Source: Candidatus Eiseniibacteriota bacterium (lineage in GTDB: Bacteria > Orphanbacterota > Orphanbacteria > Orphanbacterales > Orphanbacteraceae). From it: 64,000 bases of DNA. The DNA lies in the NCBI GenBank assembly GCA_016930695.1, contig JAFGGD010000031.1, positions 26,519 to 90,518 on the forward strand. The letters run 5' to 3'. The position numbers and the translations under genes are program-made. Below, piece after piece: positions 17,434 through 26,470 of this stretch. How positions within the stretch are numbered: the stretch's first letter is position 1; every line of letters starts with the position of its first letter. A model generated the notes under the pieces. It made no database searches and was not told the DNA's origin. It saw only the letters and a program-made list of their open reading frames with translations.

Positions 17434-19329
17434 ATGAGAGGGAGAGGTACAACGGCCGTACTGATCGGCGCGCTTCTGATCGCGTCGACGACCGTCTTCG
17501 GCCAGGCTCCGCGGGAGGACGCCATCTGGGCGCGCTCCACCGACGGAGCGGCCATCACGTTGGACGGCGTGCTGGACGAACCCGCCTGGGCGTCGGCCGA
17601 ATCGATTTCGGTCCAATGGAGCGAAAACGCCGGTATCCCCGGGAGCGGTTGGAAACTGGAGATCGGTGTTCTACCCAAGGACCCCACGCACGCGACTCTG
17701 AAACTTCTCGTGGCGGACAATCAGCTCTATCTGGGCGCCGTCATTCCGGACAGCTCGATCGGCGGCGGTCCGGCCTTCAACCGTTTCGACGGGTTGCTGA
17801 TGGCGATCAAGGATCACGCGGATACGTACGCCCCCAAGCCGCCGTCGGAGTATTTCTACTCCTGGTGGTACCAGGATTGTCCCGATTCCATGGCGCCGGG
17901 GAAAGAGCCCGGGTTCATCGGCAGGTGGGGGAACTTCCCGCCCTGCACGGAACGGGATTCGACGCAGATCGCCAACTGGGACGCCGTGACCGTGGTGAAC
18001 GGCCTCACCAACGACGACACGGTGATCGATCAGGGCTACACCATTGAGATGCGATTCAACCTCACCCCGATGGGCTACGACGTGACGCAGCCGGAAGGGG
18101 ACATCGTCGAGTGGAACGTCTCCGTCTATGACGCCGATTGGTTCTGGCCGATCAACGCGACCAAGGTGTCCGGGAACCGCGTCTGGTGGCAAGGACCGTG
18201 GGGGAACACCGCGTTCTACAGCGAAGTCCGCGTGCACGCGCGCCCCGACGTGACGATCCATTCCGGCCCGGTTCCGGTGATCGAGCCGGAGCTGCGGATA
18301 TCGAACGGGATCGCCTACGACCCGCCGATCATCGACGGCGCGCTCGACGAGACGGTTTGGGACAACGTCCCCTCCTTCGACATCCGCTGGGACGACTCCA
18401 CCCTCCGCGAAACCTATCCCGCGGTGGGACCCCACCGCGCGGGCCAGTATCAGCCCGAGGTGAACGGCGGGCTGGCGGCCGTTCTGGATCCCGCCGACGC
18501 GACGGTGAAACTCTTCTTCCGTGAGGACACGCTCTATTTCGGGTTCGACGTGCGGGACCAGGTGGTGCAGTACCACCCCGAGTTCGACCGTTGGGACGGC
18601 GTGTTGATCAGCATCGACGATCGCGGTCAGCTGAGCGCCGACTCCACGCTGCTCAGCCAGAGGCTCTCCTTCCAGGTCGCCGGGGACGGGTCCGCCCTAC
18701 CGGGTGATTATCTCCCTTACCTGATCGACTCTCTCGGCGGCGCCCGGCTCGCCCTCGCCCTCAAAGGGGGGACGACCGTCGACACGTTCGGTGTTACGCC
18801 CGACTCCGGTTACACCGCCGAGCTGGCTATCGATCTGACCAAGTTCGGATACCCGCCCGGCCGGGGGGACGGCTCGTTCTTCTTCGGCATCAATCTGTTG
18901 GACGGCGATTCCTTCCTGCCGACCAGCGACAGCTACGGCACCCGGACCTGGTGGTTCCGCGAGTACAACGGGACCTGCTGCCCCGTCTGGGCCTACCTGG
19001 ATCCGACCTGTTTGACCGTCGGCGTGGAGGAGGCGGATCAGCCGAGGAAACCCGGGGTGCTCGGCAACTTCCCGAACCCCTTCCGCGGGGGCACGACGGT
19101 CCGCTATATGCTGCCCGAGCGGAGCGACGTCACCATCGAGGTGTTCGACATCCGCGGGCGCCTGGTGAGCAAGCAGAACCTGGGCGATCAGGAGGCGGGC
19201 CTGCGCTCCTTCGACCTCCGGAACATCGACGGAAGCGCCGGCGTCTATTTCTACCGGATCCGCTCGGTGAACGGGAGAACCGGCGCCCGGAACGGTTCGA
19301 CGACCGGAAAGATGACGCTGATTCGGTAA
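17434..19329 (+). CDS. Secreted protein with two CBM9/DOMON-like carbohydrate-binding domains and a C-terminal T9SS sorting domain.
   Basis: GGAGGATGGAGG lies upstream of the ATG at 17434. The signal peptide is AVLIGALLIASTTVFGQAP. DGVLDEPAWASAESI and IDGALDETVWDNVPSF are twin CBM9-like signatures. The C-terminal domain is GNFPNPFRGGTTVRYMLPERSDVTIEVFDIRGRLV...GVYFYRIRS. Confidence 0.65.
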   Translation: MRGRGTTAVLIGALLIASTTVFGQAPREDAIWARSTDGAAITLDGVLDEPAWASAESISVQWSENAGIPGSGWKLEIGVLPKDPTHATLKLLVADNQLYLGAVIPDSSIGGGPAFNRFDGLLMAIKDHADTYAPKPPSEYFYSWWYQDCPDSMAPGKEPGFIGRWGNFPPCTERDSTQIANWDAVTVVNGLTNDDTVIDQGYTIEMRFNLTPMGYDVTQPEGDIVEWNVSVYDADWFWPINATKVSGNRVWWQGPWGNTAFYSEVRVHARPDVTIHSGPVPVIEPELRISNGIAYDPPIIDGALDETVWDNVPSFDIRWDDSTLRETYPAVGPHRAGQYQPEVNGGLAAVLDPADATVKLFFREDTLYFGFDVRDQVVQYHPEFDRWDGVLISIDDRGQLSADSTLLSQRLSFQVAGDGSALPGDYLPYLIDSLGGARLALALKGGTTVDTFGVTPDSGYTAELAIDLTKFGYPPGRGDGSFFFGINLLDGDSFLPTSDSYGTRTWWFREYNGTCCPVWAYLDPTCLTVGVEEADQPRKPGVLGNFPNPFRGGTTVRYMLPERSDVTIEVFDIRGRLVSKQNLGDQEAGLRSFDLRNIDGSAGVYFYRIRSVNGRTGARNGSTTGKMTLIR

Positions 19330-19418
19330 CGGGATCACCGGCGGGCGGGGGCGGAGGTCCGCCCCGCGCCCGCCGTGGAGGGAGGGGGCCGATCCCCTTC
19401 GGCGAGAACGGAGAGACG

Positions 19419-22085
19419 GTGTTGGGCGACGCGACATTTCCACGCGCCCGGGCGATTCGTGCGGCGGCGGCGGTGCTGCTCGCCGTCCTGATCCCCTGCG
19501 CCGCGTGGGCGGGAACGACCGGCAAGATCGCCGGTTTCGTTATCGATTACCGGGACAAGCCGATCACGGGGGCTTCGGTCACGGTGATGGAAACGGCCCA
19601 GTTCGCCCTCACCGACGGCGCGGGCCGTTTCAATCTCATCGGGATCCCGGCGGGCGTCTACCGTCTCCAGGTTTCGAAAATGGGCCACATGACCGTGATC
19701 GTGACGGACGTGGTGGTCAGCGCGGATCAGACCGTCTGGCTGGACGTGGATATCCCCGCGTCGACGGACGTGATGTCGGTGATCGAGGTCGTGGCGGACC
19801 GGCCGGTGGTGGAGGTCAACCTCACCAGCTCCATGGTCACGCTGACCGCCGCCGAGATCGAGGATCTGCCGGTGCAGGAACTGCAGGACGTGGTCAATCT
19901 GCAGGCGGGGGTCGTGGACGGGCACTTCCGCGGGGGGCGGATCGGCGAGGTGCAGTTCCAGGTCGACGGCGTCACCGTGAACAACGCCTACGACAACAAG
20001 TCCAGCCTCCGCTTGGACCGTTCTCTCCTGCAGGAGGTGCAGGTGATCAGCGGCACTTTCGACGCCGAGTACGGCCAGGCGATGAGCGGCGTCGTGAACG
20101 CCGTCCTTCGGCGGGGGACTCCGGAATTCCGCTGGAGCATCGAGGCGTTCACCGGCGACCACGTGATGACCGGCGGCGAGGATCGCCGTTTTACCGCCGA
20201 TCCGACAAAGCCCGCCTCCGTGCGGAACACGCAGTTCACCCTGAGCGGCCCCACGGGCCTCCCGGAGACGGTCTTCCTCTTGAACGCGCAGCGCTACACG
20301 GACCAGAGCTTCGTCATCGCGGAGCGGCGCTTCCTCCCGACGGACGACTCCGATTTCGAGAACAAGATCTATTATCCGAACGGAGACAGCACGGAAGTTC
20401 CCCTCGGATTCTCCAAGGAATGGTCCGGCGCGGTGAAGATCACCAACACCTCCCTGGGGAAAGTCCGCGTCTCCTATCAGGCCATCCTCAACCACATCGA
20501 GAACAAGCGGGCCGATTTCGCGTACCGCTACAATCCCGAGGGATTGGCGACGCAGAGGACCTTCTCGCTCGTCCACGGCATCGACGTCAATCACGACCTG
20601 AACGGCTCTTTCTTCTATAACCTGAGCCTTCGCCACAACTATTTCGATTATTCCGACTACGTCTACGAGGACGTGTACGACGTTCGGTACGACCAGGCCG
20701 GACCGACGGTCTCGGACGACAACTACGAGCCGGGCGCTTTCATCCAGGGCGTGGATTTCACCCGCTTCGAGCAGAGAACCGAGACGTTTCTGCTGAAGAC
20801 CTCCCTGGTCGGCCAGGCGACGCAGGAACATATGGTCAAGGTGGGCGGCGAGATCCAGTTGCCGGCGATTCGTTTCGGAACGCCCGGCCATCTGGTGTAC
20901 ACCACCGTGGACGGCGTGGAAGCCCTGGTGCGGCACGTGGAAGATTCGCCGGACTTTCCGCAGGTGAGCGAGTACGAGCCGGTGATCGGCGCCGCCTTCG
21001 CGCAGGACCAGGTGGAGTGGAACGACGTTACCCTGCGCGCGGGGCTGCGGTTCGATTACTTCGACGCCCGCTCCACCGTCCCCGGCGATCCGGCCAATCC
21101 GGCGAACTCCATCAGCGGCGCCCCCGAGTCGCACCCGCGGGATACGAGCCGGAAGGCCTTTCTCTCCCCCCGGTTGGGCGTGGCCTATCCGATCACGGAC
21201 CGGGCGGCGCTTCATTTCGCCTACGGTCATTTCGTTCAGTTCCCGCCCATCGGCAGGATCTTCGACAACGCGGACTATCGAATTCTCAAGGATCTGCAGG
21301 CGGGCGGCATCGATTACGGCGTCATGGGGAACCCGGACATCGGGCCGGAGAAGACGATCCAGTACGAGTTCGGATACAAACAGGCGATCACGCCGGATCT
21401 CGGCATGGACCTGACCCTCTTCTACAAGGACATCCGCGATCTGATCGGCGTCGAATTCGTCTCCACCTATAACGCCGCCGAGTACGCCCGCCTGACCAAC
21501 ATCGATTTCGGGAGCGTCGTCGGCTTCACGCTGGCGCTGGACCGGCGGCGCGTCGGCATGCTGAGCGCCTCGATGGATTACACCTGGCAGATGGCTCGGG
21601 GGAACTCGAGCGATCCCCGGGAGACGGCGACCCGCGCCGAGGCGGGGGAGGACCCGCGCCCCCGGCAGATCCCCTTCGACTGGGACCAGAGACACACCTT
21701 CAACATGACGGTGAGCCTCTCCCGGCCGGAGAACTTCACGGTGAGCGCCATCCTGCGCGCGGCGAGCGGCCAGCCCTACACGCCGGTGTTGGAGTCCGGC
21801 TTCGGCTACGGCCTCGAGGCGAACTCGGGCCGGAAGCCGGCGTCGGCGCTGATCGATCTGCGCGCGGAAAAGGCGGTCCGGACCGCCCGCGGGAAGATGA
21901 GCGTCTTCTGCCGCGTCTTCAATCTGCTCGACGAGAGGTTCTTCAACGGTTTCATTTTTCCCGACACGGGGAGCCCCTACTATTCGCGGTTCCCCGTCGC
22001 CAACGCGGTATCCCTGTCCGATCCCACGCGCTTCTACGAGGCGCGCCGGATCGAGCTGGGCTTGAAATTCGGCATGGGAGGGTAG
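19419..22085 (+). CDS. TonB-dependent outer-membrane receptor with an N-terminal carboxypeptidase-regulatory-like domain.
   Basis: The GTG start leads into the signal peptide AAAAVLLAVLIPCAAWAGT. GKIAGFVIDYRDKPITGASVTV is CarbopepD_reg-like. The plug consensus is LQEVQVISGTFDAEYGQAMSGVVNAVLRRG. A long beta-barrel follows. Confidence 0.7.
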   Translation: MLGDATFPRARAIRAAAAVLLAVLIPCAAWAGTTGKIAGFVIDYRDKPITGASVTVMETAQFALTDGAGRFNLIGIPAGVYRLQVSKMGHMTVIVTDVVVSADQTVWLDVDIPASTDVMSVIEVVADRPVVEVNLTSSMVTLTAAEIEDLPVQELQDVVNLQAGVVDGHFRGGRIGEVQFQVDGVTVNNAYDNKSSLRLDRSLLQEVQVISGTFDAEYGQAMSGVVNAVLRRGTPEFRWSIEAFTGDHVMTGGEDRRFTADPTKPASVRNTQFTLSGPTGLPETVFLLNAQRYTDQSFVIAERRFLPTDDSDFENKIYYPNGDSTEVPLGFSKEWSGAVKITNTSLGKVRVSYQAILNHIENKRADFAYRYNPEGLATQRTFSLVHGIDVNHDLNGSFFYNLSLRHNYFDYSDYVYEDVYDVRYDQAGPTVSDDNYEPGAFIQGVDFTRFEQRTETFLLKTSLVGQATQEHMVKVGGEIQLPAIRFGTPGHLVYTTVDGVEALVRHVEDSPDFPQVSEYEPVIGAAFAQDQVEWNDVTLRAGLRFDYFDARSTVPGDPANPANSISGAPESHPRDTSRKAFLSPRLGVAYPITDRAALHFAYGHFVQFPPIGRIFDNADYRILKDLQAGGIDYGVMGNPDIGPEKTIQYEFGYKQAITPDLGMDLTLFYKDIRDLIGVEFVSTYNAAEYARLTNIDFGSVVGFTLALDRRRVGMLSASMDYTWQMARGNSSDPRETATRAEAGEDPRPRQIPFDWDQRHTFNMTVSLSRPENFTVSAILRAASGQPYTPVLESGFGYGLEANSGRKPASALIDLRAEKAVRTARGKMSVFCRVFNLLDERFFNGFIFPDTGSPYYSRFPVANAVSLSDPTRFYEARRIELGLKFGMGG

Positions 22086-22090
22086 GCGAA

Positions 22091-25000
22091 GTGCGGACGG
22101 GCCTCTTCCATTCCAAGAAGACGAGGGAAAAGGGAGCCGGCCGGCGGGCGAAGCGGCTCCGCCTTCTCGGCGCCGCGGCGGCGCTGTCGCTCCTGTGCGT
22201 ATCGAAGCCGGCGGGCGAACTCCAGCCGTTGGTCTCCGCGGACGAGCGCGGCCGAGTCGACGCCGAGCGCGCGGGGCACCACGACGCGGCCGACCTCCGC
22301 ACGATCTTCTACAACTTCGGGATGGTGGGGGACTATCCGCCCGACCCGGGGAACGTGGACCTTTCCGTGTTCCACTCCGCCGAGGTTCCGAAGGGGAGCG
22401 GCATGAATTACTGCGACGGCATCACCCCCTTCGTGCTCGCCAAGATCACCCAGAGGAACGGGCTGGACGCCTACATCATGGAGACCGGGTTCCGGGAGAG
22501 GCAGGGGATCTCCCCCTACTACAACCGGGTCATGCGTTTTGAACCCAGGCCCGGCTATTTCCAGGCGGATCCGACTCTGAACCTCGCCCGCTCCCCGGCG
22601 GTGAGCCATGATCCGCGCACCTGGCCGTACCAGTGGCCGGACCGCATGGACGATCCGGACGATCCGGGCTGGTCGGGGGATTGGAACGGTTACTTCGGAA
22701 AGAGGGCGGCGGCGGACCAGGAAAGCTACACCGTCATGGACGATGACTTCTACGACGCCTGGGACTTCTACCCGGACAGCCGCGACTCGACCCGTCACGG
22801 GCTCGGGCTCCGGATCGAGGTGCGCGGTTTCCAGTGGTCCAACCCCCAGGCGAGCAACGTCATCTTCTGGCACTACGACATCACCAACGAGGGGACCACC
22901 GACTACAACGACAACATCATTTTCGGTCTCTATATGGATTCGGGCGTCGGCGGCTCGGCTCTTTCCTGCGACGGGATCTATGAGTCCGACGACGACAACG
23001 CCTACTTCGACAAGTCGTCGGGTCTCAATTTGGTTTACACCTGGGACAAATACGGACACGGCGTGGACCTCTCCGGCAAATGCGGCGACACCGGCTATCT
23101 CGGCTACGCCTATCTGGAGACCCCCGGCGCTCCGCTGGACGGGATCGACAACGACGAAGACGGCATCCTGAACGAAAGGCGGGACGGCGGCCCCGGCGAG
23201 AAGATCGTCGGCAGGGACGCCATCCGCGCGTGGACCTCCCTCTACTACGACATGGACAAGTTCGAGGAGACCTACGGCCTCCTCACGGAGCGGCCGGCTT
23301 ACAAAATCGGCGAGTGGTGGACCGGCGACGAGGACATGGACTGGAACCCGGAGTTGCACGACGTCGGCGCCGACGGCGTTCCCGAGACGGAGGACACCGG
23401 CGAAGGGGACGGCATGCCGACCGCCGGAGAGCCCTACTTCGACGAGACGGATCTGAACGAATCGGACATGATCGGTCTCACCGGGTTCAAGATGAACCGG
23501 ATCCGCGCCGGGCAGGGGAATCCGAACCCGGAGGTGGACGGCATCCTCTTCTACATGAACGACGCGCGCTGGCCCGAGCGCCTCTACGATCAGTTCACCG
23601 ATCCGAACGCGGCGGACCGCTTCGACTCGGCGCTCGCCGCGAACTACAACATCGGATTCCTCTTCGCCTCCGGACCCTTCATCCTCCGCGCCGGCCAGAC
23701 GGAGCGGTTCAGCCTCGCCCTCGCCTATGGCGCCAATCTGGGCGAACTGCGCAACACGGTGAAAACGGTCCAGCAGATCTACGACGCGAACTATCAGTTC
23801 GCCGTGCCGCCGCCGCTCCCCACGCTGACCGCGGAAACGGGCGACGGCTTCGTGCGGCTCTCCTGGGACGACCAGGCGGAGCACGGTTTCGACCCGGTCA
23901 CCTTCACCAACGATTTCGAGGGGTACAGGATCTATCGCTCCACCGATCCGGAGTTCCGCGATCCCCGGGTGATCACCACCGGGTCCGGCACCGGCCCCAT
24001 CGGCAACGGCCGGCCGATCGCACAGTTCGACGTGGCCGACTCGATCGCGGGGTATTCGAACCAGACCTGGGAAGGGGTGGCTTACTGGCTGGGGGACGAA
24101 ACGGGGATCACGCACACCTGGACCGACTCGACGGTGACCAACGGGCGGAAGTACTACTACGCGGTCACCTCCTACGATTACGGATCCGATTCGCTCGGCT
24201 TCTATCCCTCCGAAAACTCGATCAACGTCTCCCGGACCCCCCGAGGGGGCGAGATCCTGCCGCAGAACGTGGTGGCGGTCCGGCCGGAGCCGAAGGTCAC
24301 CGGGTACGTGCGGGCCGAGACGGACACGGTGGCGCACCGGGAGGGGCGCGGCTCGGGCGAGGCGGAGATCCTGGTGGTGAACTCCAACCTCGTCCCGGAC
24401 GAACACGTTTTCGAGATTCGATTCAAGACCCCCTCGGAGGACAGCCTGCGGGCCATTTCCTATTCGCTGGTCGACAGCACCGAAGGCCGGACCGTCTTCT
24501 CCCGCGGCATGGACTTGAACGGCGAGGGAACCGGACCGGTGGGGGACGGCATGCTTCCAGTGGTCCGCACGCCGGCCACCGTTTTCGTGGACAGCGCCGC
24601 CTCCGGGTTCGTCCCCGGCGGCCCGACGAACACGCGCCTGAAGATCTCCTATTTGGAGGTGCTCCCGATCAACCTGAGGCGGCCCGGCTTCCCGGACGAC
24701 CTCACCGTCACCTTCTCGGACGACGTGGTGGACACGTCGCTGGCGATCTTCCCCCTTCCGGCGAAGCCGGCCAAGTTCCGCGTGGTCGCGCGCGCCGAAG
24801 AGGGGGACGGAAATCTCGATTTCCGATTCCGCGACGTGGACGGGGACGGCACCCTGAGCGATCCGTCGGAGTACGTCGACGTGGTCACCTATTCCGACGG
24901 ACTTCCCGGAGTGCCGATGGTGACCTGGCGCGTCCAGCTCGACACGGTCGGCCAGGGGGAACGCGGAGAGATGATTCCGCCCGCCGGAGGGGACGTGTAC

Positions 25001-25405
25001 GAGGTGTTCCTGACGCGTCCCTACGGCGCGGACGACGTCTTGGCCTTCCGGACAAGCGGCGAGCGGATCGACGAGGGGAAGGAAGAGGGGGCGGAGCTCG
25101 CCCCTTACGTGGTGCCCAATCCGTACGTGGGATCCGCCTCCTTCGAAGCGGAGAGGTACGCCACCTCCGGGCGGGGCGAGCGGCGGATCGAGTTCCGCGG
25201 CCTCCCCCGGGGCAGCACGATCCGGATCTACACGGTGACGGGGGAGCTGGTGCGGACGCTCCACCACGACGGATCGGACGACGGCGCCGTGGCCTGGGAT
25301 CTGCGCACCAAGGACAACCTCGACGTCGCGCCCGGGCTGTACATCTATCACGTCGACGCGGGCCGGGTCGGCACGCACGTCGGCAAGTTCGCGATCATCA
25401 AATGA
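22091..25405 (+). CDS. Large (1104 aa) secreted Asp-rich protein with a T9SS C-terminal sorting domain. Possible PorU-like protein or surface glycan-binding protein.
   Basis: The signal is LLGAAAALSLLCVS. Thrombospondin-type-3-like acidic Ca-binding repeats are present (DGIDNDEDGILNE; DEDMDWNPELHDVGADGVPETEDTGEGDGMP). The C-terminal domain is PNPYVGSASFEAE...IRIYTVTGELVRTL...GLYIYHV. It sits immediately upstream of the PorV-like gene. Confidence 0.5.
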   Translation: MRTGLFHSKKTREKGAGRRAKRLRLLGAAAALSLLCVSKPAGELQPLVSADERGRVDAERAGHHDAADLRTIFYNFGMVGDYPPDPGNVDLSVFHSAEVPKGSGMNYCDGITPFVLAKITQRNGLDAYIMETGFRERQGISPYYNRVMRFEPRPGYFQADPTLNLARSPAVSHDPRTWPYQWPDRMDDPDDPGWSGDWNGYFGKRAAADQESYTVMDDDFYDAWDFYPDSRDSTRHGLGLRIEVRGFQWSNPQASNVIFWHYDITNEGTTDYNDNIIFGLYMDSGVGGSALSCDGIYESDDDNAYFDKSSGLNLVYTWDKYGHGVDLSGKCGDTGYLGYAYLETPGAPLDGIDNDEDGILNERRDGGPGEKIVGRDAIRAWTSLYYDMDKFEETYGLLTERPAYKIGEWWTGDEDMDWNPELHDVGADGVPETEDTGEGDGMPTAGEPYFDETDLNESDMIGLTGFKMNRIRAGQGNPNPEVDGILFYMNDARWPERLYDQFTDPNAADRFDSALAANYNIGFLFASGPFILRAGQTERFSLALAYGANLGELRNTVKTVQQIYDANYQFAVPPPLPTLTAETGDGFVRLSWDDQAEHGFDPVTFTNDFEGYRIYRSTDPEFRDPRVITTGSGTGPIGNGRPIAQFDVADSIAGYSNQTWEGVAYWLGDETGITHTWTDSTVTNGRKYYYAVTSYDYGSDSLGFYPSENSINVSRTPRGGEILPQNVVAVRPEPKVTGYVRAETDTVAHREGRGSGEAEILVVNSNLVPDEHVFEIRFKTPSEDSLRAISYSLVDSTEGRTVFSRGMDLNGEGTGPVGDGMLPVVRTPATVFVDSAASGFVPGGPTNTRLKISYLEVLPINLRRPGFPDDLTVTFSDDVVDTSLAIFPLPAKPAKFRVVARAEEGDGNLDFRFRDVDGDGTLSDPSEYVDVVTYSDGLPGVPMVTWRVQLDTVGQGERGEMIPPAGGDVYEVFLTRPYGADDVLAFRTSGERIDEGKEEGAELAPYVVPNPYVGSASFEAERYATSGRGERRIEFRGLPRGSTIRIYTVTGELVRTLHHDGSDDGAVAWDLRTKDNLDVAPGLYIYHVDAGRVGTHVGKFAIIK

Positions 25406-25419
25406 GCGGCGGAAGAAAA

Positions 25420-26430
25420 ATGCGCTTCTTTACGATCGTCATCGCGCTCCTGATCCTGGCGTCGCCGGGGTGCGTCTTCGCCCAGAGCAAGACCGGGACG
25501 GCGATCGGGCAGTTCCTGCTCATCGAGCCGAGCGCGCGCTTCGCCGCCATGGGGAACGCGGGGGTGTCCGCGGCGGAGGGGATCCAGGGCGCCTATTACA
25601 ACCCCGCCGCCGTCGGCGCCCTCGATCGCCGGGAGCTGATGTTCACGCACAGCACCTGGCTCGCGGACATTTCCTACGACTACGCCGCGCTGGCGATTCC
25701 GGTGCGGTCGCTCGGGACGTTCTTCGCGGCGGTGACGTCTCTGAACTCGGGAGAGATGGACGTGCGGACGGTCGAGCAACCGCTCGGAACGGGGGAGCGT
25801 TTCGACGCGGCGGATCTGGCGTTCGGTCTCGGTTACGGGCGGCGGATTACCGACCGCTTCGACGCGGGAGTGCAGATCAACTATGTGGACCAGCGGATCT
25901 GGCACAGTTCCCTCCGCACGGTTACGTTGAATGTGGGCACTCTCTACCGGATCACCGAGGGCGGGCTCCGCATCGGGTCGAGCCTCGTGAACTATGGAAC
26001 GAAGGCCGGGTTCGGCGGGAGGGATCTCCGCATTCAGTATGACGCCGATACCGACATCTACGGCGACAACAGCTCCCTTCCCGCGGAGCAGCACACGGAG
26101 GAGTACGCCCTCCCCGTTCTGTTCCGCGTCGGCCTTCTCTGGCCGGTCCGGACCGGGGAGGAGCATCGGTTACTCACGGCGATCGACGCCTTCCACCCCA
26201 GCGACAACACGGAGAGCGTCAGCATGGGCGCGGAATGGATCTGGAAAGAGGCGTTTTCGGCGCGTGGCGGGTATCAAGACCTTTTCCAGCAGGACGCCGA
26301 GGTCGGTTGGACCTTCGGGCTCGGCTTCCGGCAGGTGATGGAGACCTACGGGTTCGATCTGGATTACGCCTGGGCGGACCATGGAAGACTGGAGGACACG
26401 CATCGCGTCACTTTCGTGGTGCGCTTCTGA
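25420..26430 (+). CDS. porV: PorV/LptO-family outer-membrane beta-barrel (T9SS shuttle protein-like).
   Basis: The signal peptide is MRFFTIVIALLILASPGCVFAQ. The N-terminal motif FLLIEPSARFAAMGNAGVSAAEGIQGAYYNPAA matches the conserved PorV N-terminus. Alternating beta-strand periodicity runs through to a C-terminal aromatic residue (VTFVVRF). The start could be the ATG at 25402 instead. Confidence 0.6.
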   Translation: MRFFTIVIALLILASPGCVFAQSKTGTAIGQFLLIEPSARFAAMGNAGVSAAEGIQGAYYNPAAVGALDRRELMFTHSTWLADISYDYAALAIPVRSLGTFFAAVTSLNSGEMDVRTVEQPLGTGERFDAADLAFGLGYGRRITDRFDAGVQINYVDQRIWHSSLRTVTLNVGTLYRITEGGLRIGSSLVNYGTKAGFGGRDLRIQYDADTDIYGDNSSLPAEQHTEEYALPVLFRVGLLWPVRTGEEHRLLTAIDAFHPSDNTESVSMGAEWIWKEAFSARGGYQDLFQQDAEVGWTFGLGFRQVMETYGFDLDYAWADHGRLEDTHRVTFVVRF

Positions 26431-26470
26431 CGGACGCCGCGAAGGCGGTCCCGGAAGGTAGGAAACAACG

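Noticed and set aside
19335-25378. Very long minus-strand ORFs (19335..21695, 22034..25378) antisense to the TBDT and the 1104-aa gene
   Set aside because: The mirror-strand open frames result from the GC3-rich sense genes. Their translations are Arg/Gly/Asp runs without domain signatures, and the sense-strand genes have coherent domain architecture.
22091-25405. Assigning the 1104-aa protein firmly as a PorU C25 peptidase
   Set aside because: The gene order with porV is suggestive, but I could not locate a convincing His-Gly ... Ala-Cys clan-CD catalytic dyad by eye. It is kept as a hypothesis only.
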